DNA of 63,264 bases, counting the filler, from Rhabdomonas costata (Eukaryota): NCBI GenBank assembly GCA_019059605.1. It is 56 parts of 56 records of this genome, joined end to end, with 100 filler letters (N's around TTAATTAATTAA, not from the genome) between each part and the next. Parts side by side here need not be neighbours in the genome. Positions count along the whole stretch, not along the records: positions 1 to 1,032 come from JAHMHO010032409.1; positions 1,133 to 2,164 come from JAHMHO010032410.1; positions 2,265 to 3,296 come from JAHMHO010032411.1; positions 3,397 to 4,428 come from JAHMHO010032412.1; positions 4,529 to 5,560 come from JAHMHO010032413.1; positions 5,661 to 6,694 come from JAHMHO010032414.1; positions 6,795 to 7,825 come from JAHMHO010032415.1; positions 7,926 to 8,957 come from JAHMHO010032416.1; 48 more parts are not named here. One strand, 5' to 3'. Below the pieces are notes generated by a model. It did not search any database. It was given only the letters and a program-made list of their open reading frames with translations, and was not told where the DNA came from. Within the stretch, counting starts at the first letter, position 1; the number at the start of each line of letters is the position of its first letter. Made by a program: the position numbers and the translations under genes. Below are positions 1 through 12,844 of the stretch, one piece after another.

Positions 1-1032
1 GTGTTGGGTGTGGTTGGTGTGTGGGGTCCCACCTCCCGCGCATCTCGCGTTGTGGTTCTGTGTTTGGGGCTGCCACACCAAATCTTTGGACCACGTTTTT
101 GCTGTAGGCCTTATCTTGGCGTGGCAGGAAACGGGCTTTGCACTGCAATGGGGAATAGAACAATGTGGTGTGGGATTGTGCTTAGCCCCAGGCTCGCCAT
201 GTCGGGTTTAAAAGGGCGAACTCCCAGCTACCGTGGGAAACGGGTTGGACTCCCGTGAAGATGCGAATGAACTTCCGCTAACTCCTGCGGCAGGCGACAG
301 GCATATGCCCATCGGCGATTTTGCCTCAGTTCGGTGCCACCATCCTTGAGCATTTTCCCGCCACGTTCGCTTCGCTTTCTAAGCGTCTGGCATTTCTGTA
401 GGTATCTCATCTCCTTTCCTATTCCTTTTTGGAAATGGCCTTTTCGAACTGTATTCGGAGCTCGTACTCTTTGGGAGGTCCATTTGCGCGTATGCTCGTG
501 CAGCTGTGACTTTTTCCACCCACGCGCCCGCGTTCATCCCATTTTCACATATGTCATTATGGCTTTTTATTTCTCAGTCCTAGGGCGCCGCGGTTTCGTA
601 ACTCTGGTTGAGCCCGATGAGCCTTCTGAAAGGATCGCCTTGCACAACTCTGGTTTTTGGCAGATTCCCGGGACATTGCATTTCCGTGCGCACCACAGGG
701 GTATTCGGTCTCGACGATGCTTCTGTGCGGTCTCCTGATGACGGCATGGACACGTTTGGTGATCCTGCTATAAGGTGAAGCTCGCTTTCCGATGCTGGCC
801 TATTTCGAAGGAGGAGTGCTCTGTCAACCTGCCCCGACAAAGCGGGCAATAAAAATTTCTCCAACAGCTGTTAGTGTTAACAATGTTGTTGTTAATTCAT
901 GCATATTCAGGCAGTGTACTCCAAATCTAAAAGAGTGGCTGTAAAAAGTACACACACCATCGCATGCTAATCCTAGTAGGTTGCCTGGAGGAGAGATCCC
1001 CTGCGCGTGCATGGAGGCCACCGCTTCGAGGA

Positions 1033-1132
1033 NNNNNNNNNNNNNNNNNNNNNNNNNNNNNNNNNNNNNNNNNNNNTTAATTAATTAANNNNNNNNNNNN
1101 NNNNNNNNNNNNNNNNNNNNNNNNNNNNNNNN
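1033..1132. other. Artificial contig-joining spacer (44 N + TTAATTAATTAA + 44 N); first of ~55, recurring about every 1.13 kb
   Basis: Identical 12-mer with stops in all six frames, flanked by N runs, repeated through the window; sequences on either side are unrelated. Confidence 0.99.
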
Positions 1133-2034
1133 GGAAGCCAGCCGCCGGCGCGGCCAGTCGGCGGCGCTGCCGAAGCTGGGGAGGGGGGGGTGCAGGGGGA
1201 AGTGCCCGTGGTTTTTGTTTTTGCCCCAGACGGGCGATGAACGGTTCTATATAAAAGGGATTAAGTATTTTGCGGTGGCCAACCGCCGCGGGACCTGTGT
1301 GTATATCGGATATCCTGAACTGTTCTTATTTGAAATCTTGTTTCAACATTGGGGGTCCACACAGAAAAAGAAACACAGAGAATGGAAGCCGCAGTCCCGA
1401 GAGAACAACCACTTGACAAAAGCGTGAAATACGCAAACACCCTACATAGGAAAAAGCACGTCGCAACGCCATTAACACGAACAAACGTGATTAAACCGCC
1501 CTGAGCTCCAACCAAAGAACTAGAAAGTTTTTGGTGAAGCATAAGTCTGTGCTTGCACAAAGCAATTGACCACACAAAACACAAGGCCAACGAAGATACA
1601 CGGGGATAGTCAGAAGAGGGCGTGTGAAGGGGTTTGACAAAAGCGCGGGGAAAAGACGGAGGGAGGGAGGGCAAAAAGATGGGAATGAGAGAGAGAGAGA
1701 AGCAAAGCCAAAGCCAGGTTTGCAGAACTACACATACAGAAACATATTTCAACGTAACAATTTCAACGTACCAACAGCAGGTGTTCACTATCACAGAACG
1801 AAAAACACATGAGAAAAGAAGGGAACGTATCGGCACAAAGGCACACAAGAGCGAAAAGGTGGGGAGATATAATACAAGGGAGGCAGTACAAGCACAACGG
1901 ACATGGGAGGACAGGAGAGAAAACTTGATGGAGGATGGGGGGCACGGCGAAGAAGGAAGGAAATGCTGCTTTGGTGAAGCATAAAAAATTCAAGCAGGGA
2001 AAACCAGCTTTGGAATGCGTGCACACGGGCACAC

Positions 2035-2160
2035 CAGTCTCCTTTTGATGACAAAGGTGATGTAGTGATCTTCTCCACAAACACTGCGGTACATAGACTC
2101 TTCCCATTTTGGAGACGAGCTGCATTTCACTTTCTCAGTACGTGGACCTTTGACCCCACA
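2035..2160 (-). CDS. Exon fragment, possible C2 domain
   Basis: Translates GPRTEKVKCSSSPKWEESMYRSVCGEDHYITFVIKRRL, resembling the C2 pattern RT..V....P.W.E.......I.F.V; ends at a GTGTG donor. Confidence 0.35.
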
Positions 2161-2307
2161 AACCNNNNNNNNNNNNNNNNNNNNNNNNNNNNNNNNNNNN
2201 NNNNNNNNTTAATTAATTAANNNNNNNNNNNNNNNNNNNNNNNNNNNNNNNNNNNNNNNNNNNNTTGTTTGTGGGCTTAAGAACTTGCACTCGTTTTTTG
2301 TATACAG

Positions 2308-2712
2308 GCAAAGAAAGGGAAGTTCCTGGGCAAAGTCAAGGAGGCTGCCTCTGCTAAGGGTGTTGGCCACGACGACGACGAAGGCATGGCAGATTACTTC
2401 TTCATATGTTGGACATCTTGCATGTCATCTTGCACGTCGTAATTGCTGTGGTTTCTCTGTTTAACAGAAGCCGTAAGTAGCTTTGTCTGCATCCAGTCAG
2501 CACGGACAGAAACCGCACCTGCATTTCCTTGCAGATTGTGCACCTGATGACTTTTGCCCTTAGTGATTTTCGCTGGTCTTCTCCACAAACGTTTCGCCTG
2601 CGACGGAGATAATGGTTGGTGCTGCACCATTCAGGAGACTCAAACTCGGGCTCGGACTTCGAGGAGAAGATGCGCGAGAAAGCCAAGAAGAGGGGCCGGC
2701 CGGAAAAAGACG
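2308..2712 (+). CDS. Two exons (2308-2383, 2635-2712) of an unknown charged protein
   Basis: AG acceptors at 2307 and 2634; joined reading AKKGKFLGKVKEAASAKGVGHDDDEGDSNSGSDFEEKMREKAKKRGRPEKD; the first donor position is ambiguous. Confidence 0.5.
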
Positions 2713-3633
2713 GTGGATGACCCTCTCCTTCCCCCCTCCCTTTGACAGGTTGTGATTCAGTCGCTTCTGCACCTGGTCATGTTACGCTTGTGTTGAGTTC
2801 CGGTGCGGGATGATGCGGAAATCTCATCACTCTTCAGCCCTCTGGTTTCGGTTTGAATCTCTACGTACTCTCATACTCTGGGGGGCGGTCATGCATTACG
2901 GTGCTGCACGCCGCTCTCCGACTTTGCTGTTTGGCTGCTCCGTGGTCTCAGACAGTATACCACTCCTGTGTGCCACCGGTACTGTTGGCCACCCCTTCTG
3001 CGCGAGCATGTCGAACGCTCTCCGACTTATGAGGATACCGCAACCTCTATTTTCTGAATAACGTTTTCCCGCTTGTGACTGACCTTTCTGTAGAATCTCT
3101 TCCGGAATGGATGAGCAAGGATGATTCGGAGCTGGAGCCGCAGCAGCTCTCGCTCAAGCGACGGTATTTCTAATACCGCTGTCTTCGCCTCTGTCATTCT
3201 CTGGCCGCAACATGTGATCGCTTTATTCTGGTGATTTTCTATCATTTTTCATTACTTTTCTGTTTTTTTCAGGGTACACCCGAAAAAAACACAAAANNNN
3301 NNNNNNNNNNNNNNNNNNNNNNNNNNNNNNNNNNNNNNNNTTAATTAATTAANNNNNNNNNNNNNNNNNNNNNNNNNNNNNNNNNNNNNNNNNNNNGGTT
3401 TTTGGTGATGTGATTTTACGCTTTCAGTTGAAGCGCAAGGGCAGGTTTGAGTGGTGGTGGGGAAGTAGAATCGCCACTGTCAATGCTGGCTCAGCGGTTG
3501 TATACCATCCGAGACAGCAGACGTCACAGGCGCAGTGCCAATTGATTTTGTGCGCTTGTAGATTGGCCTTCGCTTGTTTTGATGGGAAGTATTTAATGGA
3601 ATGCCCCCTTTATATGCTGCTTCTCTGCTACAG

Positions 3634-3837
3634 GGGTGCCGTACCCCGGAGATCCCCGGGGGTACTTCAAGGGAGAGTTCACGGGCTTCACCACGGCCTT
3701 TCCTGGCCAGTACCCGTGCGAGCCCGGGACTTACACCAACAGCACCAGCCTGTGGAACCAGACCCAATGCACGGTCTGCCCCGCGGGGTGGTACTGTGCA
3801 GGAGGCGAGGCCACCCCCTCCGGGCGGTGCGCCCAAG
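3634..3837 (+). CDS. Exon of a Cys-rich GCC2/GCC3 (ephrin-receptor-like) repeat surface protein
   Basis: CAG acceptor and GTGTG donor, 204 nt, phase 1-1; QYPCEPGTYTNSTSLWNQTQCTVCPAGWYCAGG matches the C.PGTY...C..CPAG.YC repeat. Confidence 0.8.
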
Positions 3838-4013
3838 GTGTGAGGCGTATCCCCCCCGCTCCGTTCACGTTGTGCAACCGCTTGTGTCCCCCTCCTAGTC
3901 ATCTCCATCACTCGCCACCTGAAGACGAAACATATGTCCAGTCCCACGATCCGGAGTGGGCTAGTGTATGTGTGTGGGGGGCCTTCACCACTGTCTTTCT
4001 TTTAAGTTGGTGG

Positions 4014-4424
4014 TTTTGTTTTCTCTGCGCTGCCCATCTTTGGAGTTCTCTTGTTCATGTCACTCTCGAACATCCATCCGTCACTCCTGTTCTGCATCCC
4101 CACCCCAGCCACTTTACAGTTGACTTTCGCCGAAAATTATGTCGCAGAGCGCCTTGCAACGTAATTCTTCCCGGTTTTTGGAGAACAGGGGTGAGAACGA
4201 AATATGGGCCCGACGGCCGTAGCCATTTACATGACGGTACCTGGAACACAGTAGTAAATAAGTGATTTCCGATAAGCACTTTGTGTTGATTGCTAATGTG
4301 ACCTGAGAAACCTGGCGTGTTTGTGTGCTATTCTTTTGTTTTCTCTGCGCTGCCCATCTTTGGAGTTCTCTTGTTCATGTCACTCTCGAACATCCATCCG
4401 TCACTCCTGTTCTGCATCCCCACC
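4014..4424. repeat. ~90-bp exact direct repeat (about 4014-4103 and 4334-4424); second copy at the contig end
   Basis: TTTTGTTTTCTCTGCGCTGCCCATC...GCATCCCCACC occurs twice. Confidence 0.9.
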
Positions 4425-4847
4425 AAAANNNNNNNNNNNNNNNNNNNNNNNNNNNNNNNNNNNNNNNNNNNNTTAATTAATTAANNNNNNNNNNNNNNNN
4501 NNNNNNNNNNNNNNNNNNNNNNNNNNNNGGTGGGGCTTGCACCGCGCCATCCACGGAGAGCTCCTCTGCGCTGGAGGCCCGGTGGGCTGTCCCCAAATTG
4601 AAGCGGAAAGAAGGGGCAGGTTTCCAGGTTTCTTCCAAGCCTTGGACAATAATCACCTTCCCCTTGACATTGGGGGATGAAAGGGAAAGAGACTGACAAA
4701 CAAACGTGAAAGAAGACAATTGATATGCAGTGGAGTTGAGCGCAAAAGGTTTTTTCTTCAAAAACCACCCCAAACGCGGTATGGCCGGTCCAGTGGTACG
4801 CAGGCAAGGTGAGTAGCAATCAACAAGGAACAAAAAAAAGGGCGCAC

Positions 4848-4949
4848 CATGAGGGTCTGGGCAGAATTGCTGGGCGCTAGAGCAGGCGCACCCACTGCCC
4901 CGCGGCTTTGCACCGCCCGCCCCAGCTCCTCCACTGCGGCCTGCGTGGT
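4848..4949 (-). CDS. Internal exon of an unknown protein; likely further exons near 5530-5560 and 4530-4586
   Basis: CAG/GTGCG boundaries, 102 nt, TTQAAVEELGRAVQSRGAVGAPALAPSNSAQTLM, GC-rich codons. Confidence 0.55.
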
Positions 4950-6282
4950 CTGTGCCCCCCCAAGCCCCAAGAACAACACAAGGGTGCAACAACACAAATG
5001 TGGGGTGTTGTCCTTTTTTTGGCTTTGACGAAGGCGAAACGACAGGCAGTATCAACTGTCCATTGTCCTTTGAGTGGGAGGGTTGGTTGGACTCCGGGCG
5101 ACCATTCGAGCCTGGGCTGTTCGAACATTTCTGTTGAAGCGCCCAAATATTCAGCACGGGTCAAGACTCAAAATTAACCAAACGAACGTCATACAAACCG
5201 CTGTATCCTGTCTTGATACCGTAACACCCTTTCTGTTCATTTCTTTTTGTTTTGAATTGTCCAAACACAGGACCAGCACGGTTTGGTTACACACACACTC
5301 TCTCCTTCCCCTCAGATTTATGTGGTTGGCGTGTTACTGCTGGTGCTGGTGCTCTTACTGTTTTAACGAGGTGCCTCCAAAGTCGTAAAAATAAAGGCCG
5401 GGGGTGCGACGACCCAAAGCGAGCTGATGTTTCAAGACAAAAACGAAGCCCGATACCAAAAACTGGTATAAAGCGACTATCTTGCACTGACGATCGAAAA
5501 GAAAAGGAGAGGACAAGGCTGTCTGGGACCTGCAGCAGCTCCTGCAGCGTGGCCTGGGCCNNNNNNNNNNNNNNNNNNNNNNNNNNNNNNNNNNNNNNNN
5601 NNNNTTAATTAATTAANNNNNNNNNNNNNNNNNNNNNNNNNNNNNNNNNNNNNNNNNNNNGTGGTGGGGGGCTCACTTTTTTTTTGGTGAGCGGATATAG
5701 AGACCGTCTTAAAGGGTCCTCACCTTGCCCGGTTAATTCGTTTTCAACAAGCTCGCAGTGACTAAGGGCCGGAGGTGTCACGACCAAAAAAAAGTGAGCC
5801 CCCTATCAAAAAGGGCACGAGAGTGATTTTTTTTTTTTGCAAAATTCAGATTTTACAAATGGTTCTTCGGTGACCACACGCCTCGAAAAAGACGTTTAGA
5901 ATCAGAGGGGAAACTCCAGCCGTAACAGGAACATGGCGGGAAGCTTGCGCCTGTATGAATTTGCAGCAGTGCTGTTTCGCAAACAAAGGGCGGTGAGAAT
6001 TTCAACCTTTCAGTGAAGGTGCTCTGCAGTGCCCAGCTGTCTGTGCATCCTGGCAGTACCGTGACTGGTACCATCTGGGTGAAACCGTTTTTGGGGAGGA
6101 GTGGACGTCGACATATGGCCAACAGGCTAATATTAGCAACGGTTCGAGGAGCGGACCTCACTCATAACTTGCACAAGGTTCGTTTGGAGTTCCACCCCTT
6201 CCTCTGTCACTGGGCGGAAGTCCTTAGGAAACCTCAAATTACCCGCGGCCCGAGCAGCGGAACTCTAACGCACAAGCCCTAC

Positions 6283-6593
6283 CCGCAGGGGGCTCCACAG
6301 CCTTGACCCCGCCCTTCTCCGCAGCGGCGGCAGCAGCCGCTGCGCGCTTCTCCTTCTTCGACGCCTTCTCCTTCTTCGCCACAACGGCCTCCGCCGCAGC
6401 CGCGCCCCCGGAGGCAGAGGCTGGGGTGCTTGCAACCGAGTCCACCGGCTCGGAGAGGGTGGGGGTGGAGATGGCCTCGGGAACTGCGGCCTGGAGCTGC
6501 TGGGCCCGCTTCTTCTCCTTCTTCTCCTTCTTGTCCTTCTTCTTCTCGGTCTTGGACGAGGCTGCGCCCTCCTCGGATTCCCCGTCCTTTTTC
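6283..6593 (-). CDS. Lys/Ala-rich low-complexity exon (KKE/D tracts, as in nucleolar protein tails)
   Basis: TTTCAG acceptor; KTEKKKDKKEKKEKKRA...KKEKASKKEKR encoded with strong AAG/GAG bias. Confidence 0.7.
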
Positions 6594-7949
6594 CTGAAAG
6601 AATTTTGAGCGAGTTTTGGCATTGGCGTGCGTGATGCAGCGTGAGTGGAGCTTTTAGGAGGTTTAGGAGGTGGCATCACGCACGCCAACAACAANNNNNN
6701 NNNNNNNNNNNNNNNNNNNNNNNNNNNNNNNNNNNNNNTTAATTAATTAANNNNNNNNNNNNNNNNNNNNNNNNNNNNNNNNNNNNNNNNNNNNGGGGGT
6801 GGGGGCGATAGTCGGCCCATTGCCATGGAATACCGGCAAAAGTGGACGGTTAGCAGAATCTAACGGTATTAAACCGGGCTGGGTTTGCGCCGGGTACCAA
6901 GTGCCGCCCTCATTGGTCTGCGGAAAACGTGACATGGTTGTTTTTGGTTCCTGAAGAGACAATCCTAAAAGAAAACAAAAAACCGAGCGGAGTGATCTGC
7001 TTCACGGGGTTCACGGAGGTTCTTCAATGCGTGCCGCTCACAGAAGGCAAAGTCGCAGTAAGGCATCAACAAACACAGTACTCATCACATAACCAAATTT
7101 CGGACCCCATGCCCCCTTTTTAAGTCGTTCATAGCCTACACATATCTCTTAAAGGCCCCGCAGGTACCCGCCTCAGCAATCCGCACAGCGAATACCCTTA
7201 GCTGGCGCTGGCTTTTGCCCCTACACCTGAGCCTTGACTCCAAGGGGGGGGGCCATTTTTGGGGCAAAGCATTGCTATTGCTAATGGATTCATTTTCATG
7301 CATCGCCCAGCAAGCTTCAAACTTCATTCAGGTTCTCCTCGCGCAACGTTCCCATCTCTTCCTGTCTACCTTCAAAGCTTCAAAGCAACAGAGCGAACAA
7401 AGGAGCACAAAAACAAGCGATCACAGCGACAATGCGATACAACAGCGGATTCAAGAAAGAATAATTTGCATTTGGTTTGCTTTCTCGCAAGCACTACGGA
7501 AAACCTTGAGCAAGTCATGCCCACACATACACTCTCCCTGAAATGTTGGTATTTGCAGGACCAAAGGGTGTGGTGGGGGCAGATCTCAAGAATGACAGAG
7601 CTCGACCGTCACCACCCACCAAGCGGTCCACTCTTCAAATGCTCCATACCTTCCACTACTGGTGCACAATCCCTCAACTGAGAAGGGCGTGCCGGAGAGA
7701 GAGTGTGTGTGGAGAAAGGAGAGCCTTTCCCCTCCACCACAGCAGTGCAAAGGGTAAGAGCAGTGTACGATGACGACGGACTGAAAGGAAACTGAGCTAA
7801 AGGTAAATGAAAGTTGCAGGCGCAGNNNNNNNNNNNNNNNNNNNNNNNNNNNNNNNNNNNNNNNNNNNNTTAATTAATTAANNNNNNNNNNNNNNNNNNN
7901 NNNNNNNNNNNNNNNNNNNNNNNNNGGTGTGGTGTAGAGAAGTCCAAAT

Positions 7950-8447
7950 TTGGCGACACCGTTTAATATGGCGACACCTCCAACGTTAGCAGCCACATTT
8001 CCTGCGAGTTCAGTAATGTTTTCCGCCACTACACAGCCAAACTTTAACGCTACTCGTACGCCTTCTCTAGAGATGAGGGTGACTCCATCCAGAGTAATGT
8101 TGGCGTTCAGAGGTCGAGGATACACGGGAAGAGGAGGCCAATGTTACAGATCACCTTCACCGTCTAGAAGCGGTAGACCCAGAATTCCCTCGTTTCTCAG
8201 GAGGGGATATGTCTCCCCGCCTCGACCCACAAGCACGACTTCCACAAGGAGCAGTCAGCAGTCACATTTTCCGAGTTCAAGTTTGGAGAACGCGAAGCCG
8301 CATGTCCCTTCAAGAGTGTGTATGTATTGTGGAAGTACGAGCCACTTTTATAGGGATTGTGAATTGGCAAAGACGGAGTTGGTTCAGAGAATTGTGCCGA
8401 AGGGGTCAGTTGGAGAATTTCAGAAGAGCGTAGTTCAGTCAAACTAG
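7950..8447 (+). mobile_element. Retrotransposon gag-like fragment with a CCHC zinc knuckle
   Basis: CMYCGSTSHFYRDC = CX2CX4HX4C after an Arg/Gly/Ser-rich tract; no introns; downstream frames are broken. Confidence 0.65.
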
Positions 8448-9105
8448 TGGGGAATGAGGCAGGGACGCTCTCGCCCCACCTAAGAGGCCCACTTCGTCCA
8501 CAGTCATGACACCAGCCAGCGCAAGTGTTGTGCAGAGAGCTCCATGCACAGTCGCGCTAAGAATTTTGCAGATACCAACAGAGCCTGTGCTCAGATCAAC
8601 CAGAGTTGATAAGGTAGAGCAGACCCATAGCCCCATCCCACGAAGAGTGAAACCGGAGGCAGCCCCAGAGGTGGTTCAGAGTCCACTCCAGAGGCAAGCG
8701 TGGAACAAGTTGAGAAGAAGGGGATGGCGAAGTGTGCAGAGACTCATACCAGTTTCCACAAGCCAGAAAGTGCACGAGAGGGCTCATTAATGGTGCTGAA
8801 GTCCGATGCAGAGCGGAGCAGTTACGGAATGGTTCAGAAATCTCAGAGGAATAATAAGGAAGATCCGGAATCTGTCCAGAACAGACGTTAATTGCGGGAA
8901 ATGTTGTGCGGAGAACGATTAACTAATGATGAGTTAGCGGTTGTGAGCCACCACCCANNNNNNNNNNNNNNNNNNNNNNNNNNNNNNNNNNNNNNNNNNN
9001 NTTAATTAATTAANNNNNNNNNNNNNNNNNNNNNNNNNNNNNNNNNNNNNNNNNNNNTTTTTGGGGTGACCCTTCTGCCCGCAAAAATGTGTTCAGCCCG
9101 GTAGC

Positions 9106-9468
9106 TTGGTTCAGCCCCTGTCAGGGGAGACCATGACCTTCACCCTTCCTATTCACACTCGCTATGCGCTTCCCGCGGAGGACGGCGAGCCAGACTTCGC
9201 CGTGGCCTGCCTCTCCTCTGCCCTCTCTGTGGCATGGAGCTGCCCCGCTGTAGGCACGGAGGTTGGTTTGGGGTGCGGTGAGACAGACTGTCCGGAAGTA
9301 AAGTCAGCGGAGCGCTGCGTGAGGATCCCCCGGGGGCGGTTCTCCCACCTTCGCATGGTGAAGGGGATCACCGCGGCTGTGGCATGGGGCGGGGCCCTGG
9401 TCTTTTCCGCGGTCCTATGGTGGCGCACACGAGGGGCCGTGGTGCCGGGAAAAGCACACGGGGAATGA
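9106..9468 (+). CDS. PIGX: Terminal exon of PIG-X/PBN1-like subunit of GPI mannosyltransferase I
   Basis: LPIHTRY motif, then RIPRG..SH...V..IT followed by a C-terminal hydrophobic helix and TGA; matches the PIG-X C-terminal pattern LP.H.RY ... VP.G...H...V...T-TM; 5' boundary approximate. Confidence 0.7.
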   Translation: MVQPLSGETMTFTLPIHTRYALPAEDGEPDFAVACLSSALSVAWSCPAVGTEVGLGCGETDCPEVKSAERCVRIPRGRFSHLRMVKGITAAVAWGGALVFSAVLWWRTRGAVVPGKAHGE

Positions 9469-10193
9469 GCAGGAACTGCCGGAACGTTTAGCCTGATGGA
9501 GATAGCACCTCTCTCCTTCTGGGCATTTCTCATGGCCTCTGGGGCCCTCAGCGGATGTGAGGCGGAAATGTCGCCTGTGGGACTACGCCTGGGACAGTGC
9601 GGAACCACCAATGAGGAGAAGCTAGCGTGAAGCTATGCGCACCACCACCCCCTGCTTTTTGTTGAACTGTTCTGGAAAGGCTCACTCCTGCTCGAGCGAT
9701 GACAACAGCTTCGAGTGCGGGTTCCTATCCGTTTCCGTGCTGCTATTTTTCTTTCCGAGCTGAGCCCCCTGAATATGCATCCCCTGAGCCCAAGTAGCAT
9801 TGAATCGTAGCCGCTGACAGCAGTGGGATGAAATCCAACCGTATCGACAAGATACGATCGATAAGACAAGGGTCAGTGAGAAAAGTTCGCAAGCCCAAAA
9901 CGCTCCGGTGCCCAGCAGGACTGTCCTGCGTGTGCGCGAGACAGAAATCCTCACACTGGTCCATGCACTTAATGGCAACACCAGTGACATGGACGTTTTT
10001 ATGGCACGTTTCCCCCTTTATGACCCTTTTTCCTTACCCCCTCTGCTTTCCCTTCAAAGGTAGACTTCCCCTTTTCTCCATTCCCCACCNNNNNNNNNNN
10101 NNNNNNNNNNNNNNNNNNNNNNNNNNNNNNNNNTTAATTAATTAANNNNNNNNNNNNNNNNNNNNNNNNNNNNNNNNNNNNNNNNNNNNGTGT

Positions 10194-10316
10194 GTGGGGC
10201 AGCACGGCCCATGGGTCGGGCCGCAGGGTGTCCACAAGGGAGGTCAGCGTCAGCTCCACCTCACTAAGCGTGCCGAGGTACCGGTGGGAATCCACCAGCA
10301 CCGGGGGGCCCTCGTT
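10194..10316 (-). CDS. Exon fragment, unknown protein
   Basis: T-tract + CAG acceptor; NEGPPVLVDSHRYLGTLSEVELTLTSLVDTLRPDPWAVL with high GC3. Confidence 0.5.
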
Positions 10317-11323
10317 CTGCGGCATCGCAAAAAAAAAATAGAGATAGCGAATGCGAAGGCACACACAAATGATGAAATCAAATAGTGCTTTGTCGTGGTG
10401 GGAATGTCTCAAAACGGGCAGCAGGACAATGATTGGGACAAAGAAGAACCAGGTAAGACTGGTTGTGCTGCTTCTGAGATAGTCTGATGAAGGAAAATGC
10501 CCAGCTGGGGTCCTTTGCAAGCAAGCAGACCATGAGTTACGGTGAGCTCGGAGTGGGTGGGCTATCGTGAAAGGGGTTCAAGTATATCTTCGGTGGATGG
10601 AATTCTCAGCCGGCGACAGCGTCGACGCTCCGATGGAAGCATTTTCAATTGGCGTTAGCATGTGCTACCGAACCCTGCATGTTCGGTCGAGCTCGGTAGC
10701 ATTTGCTATTGAGGGGGGGGGGCTATAACGGATCCCGTTCCGACGAAACGTCACTTTGATCGTTTCAGTGACAAGTTCCAAAATTATCAATATGAAATGC
10801 CAAAAATTTTAAAGACCATCATGAATGCTGACATAACGACTGTTGTGCCGAATTCTGCCGTTCACTTTCGTCAATATTGGGAAAGGATGTCTCAGATACC
10901 CCCCTCCTCCCGGAAATCTGCGAAGGCAATCGAAGAGGCAATTGAGGCACCAGACTTCACCTTTCCCCCGGCAGGGGGTGGAGTCGCCGTGTGAGTCAAA
11001 AAGCTCACCAGCTGCGCACTGGTGACCTCCTTTGAGCCCCGAAAGGCATAGACCTGAGTGAGCAGAATCCTCCCCGAACAACAACGGTGGCAGGGTGGGT
11101 GTTCGATCGAAGGAGAGGTGAGAACGGCAGAGCCCTCGGGTTCAAATGATCGTGCTCCACGGAGGAGTCGGTGAGGGGGCTCTTCGAAACGCACCCGAAA
11201 AAAGAAATGTCCAACAAACANNNNNNNNNNNNNNNNNNNNNNNNNNNNNNNNNNNNNNNNNNNNTTAATTAATTAANNNNNNNNNNNNNNNNNNNNNNNN
11301 NNNNNNNNNNNNNNNNNNNNGTT

Positions 11324-11520
11324 GTTGTGGTTCCCAGTGGTCGCGCACGCATGTAGAAAATCCCTGAAGTGGTGGGTTAGCTAGTGATCTGTGTGGAAGA
11401 ACACGTAGGACAGAGTGAAAATTCTCTGGCAAAAGGCTGGTCAAGCAGGTTGTGGTTCCCAGTGGTCGCGCACGCATGTAGAAAATCCCTGAAGTGGTGG
11501 GTTAGCTAGTGATCTGTGTG
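11324..11520. repeat. ~72-bp direct repeat at the contig start
   Basis: GTTGTGGTTCCCAGTGGTCGCGCACGC...GTGATCTGTGTG at about 11324 and 11448. Confidence 0.9.
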
Positions 11521-12844
11521 CTTTTGAATACACGGTTTTGAACCCCCCCCCTGCCACCCCTGTATGTCACTGTTGACAATTCGTTGTGGTAATTAGTTCC
11601 GAGTGACCAAGTATCAATACGTGAGTGTGTTGTTCGCCGGATGTGAAGGTCATCCTTTGCTGTTGCAGGAGTATTTTGTGCTTCATCTGGGCATGGTAAA
11701 TTGGCTTGTTTCTTTGTTCCCATTGCCGCGTGGCCCTTGCCATGGATTCCTCTTCCCGCCAAAACAGCAGTGTGACCCCTCGGTGAACTCTACCACCATG
11801 GGAAAGGTGAACAGTGATGACTTCATCACCCGGCTGATCATGGAGATGGACGAGCATGTCTTGCAATCCCACCTACACCTGCCGTGGCTGGACGGTCTAA
11901 CCCTCACTGAGGTCAACAGGCTAAACAAGGAGCACGTATGCGCCACCCACCCAGAAGCACACACAAATCAGCTGTTGACTCACTTGGGGCATTGGTGGTG
12001 TGGCACCTACAATCCGAAGCATTCCGTTCCACTCCACAGCCCATTTAAAATACTCTTGAGCTCCACCATTATTTATGCCAACAAACCCTGGCCGAAAGCT
12101 TACGCTCAAGAAGAGCCCTTTCCCTCGACGTCTCATTTTACTCTTTAACCTCTTGCTGGACCCTGTCCTACCGTGCGCACTTGAGTCGGTACGGTGATTC
12201 TTTGCTAGGCACAGACGGAGGGTAGGGAGCTTCAATTCCTGAACGTCGAACTCCGGGACTTCCCCTACCCTGTGGTCTTTGCCTTGCACAAGTCGGAGCT
12301 CATTCCTGCCTTTGAGCACCCCGAGCCGACGGAGGGCACCATCGCCCTCGTCNNNNNNNNNNNNNNNNNNNNNNNNNNNNNNNNNNNNNNNNNNNNTTAA
12401 TTAATTAANNNNNNNNNNNNNNNNNNNNNNNNNNNNNNNNNNNNNNNNNNNNTTTGTGTGGGGTCCTGGAAGCATGCCACGTTCAGGAACTCCTTACGCT
12501 GCTCCAATAGGCGCGAAATCTCCTTTTTTTTTTGGGACGGGTGGGGGGCTGGCCTTGAAACAATCTATAACGATCTATTGGTGTGTGGGATAGAGCGCCA
12601 AAATGATGTCCAAGTCACTTTAAAAATGACGGAGGTGTTCCGGTGACGCAGGCTAACCCGCAAGAACACGCACACACGGAGACGCACACACTGAGGATAG
12701 CAAACATGCTTATTTATTATGCTTTTTATTTTGCCTTATCCACGGTGACGGTAGATTTCACGTGCAACTGGTTCCACAGATTTATTAACACATCCCTACC
12801 CACCACAGGGACGTTGAGCAAGCAGGAATGTGGGGAGGATGCAC

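Noticed and set aside
1261..2125. Long overlapping ORFs in purine- or pyrimidine-skewed sequence (also 37828-38259, 27189-27667)
   Set aside because: Low-complexity intronic or intergenic sequence; translations have no protein-like features
9695..9750. tRNA-like GGGTTC...ATCC segment followed by a T run
   Set aside because: No cloverleaf, D-arm or canonical TTCRA loop
11603..12352. Intronless ORF remnants possibly from a transposon
   Set aside because: No recognisable motif, so no call can be supported
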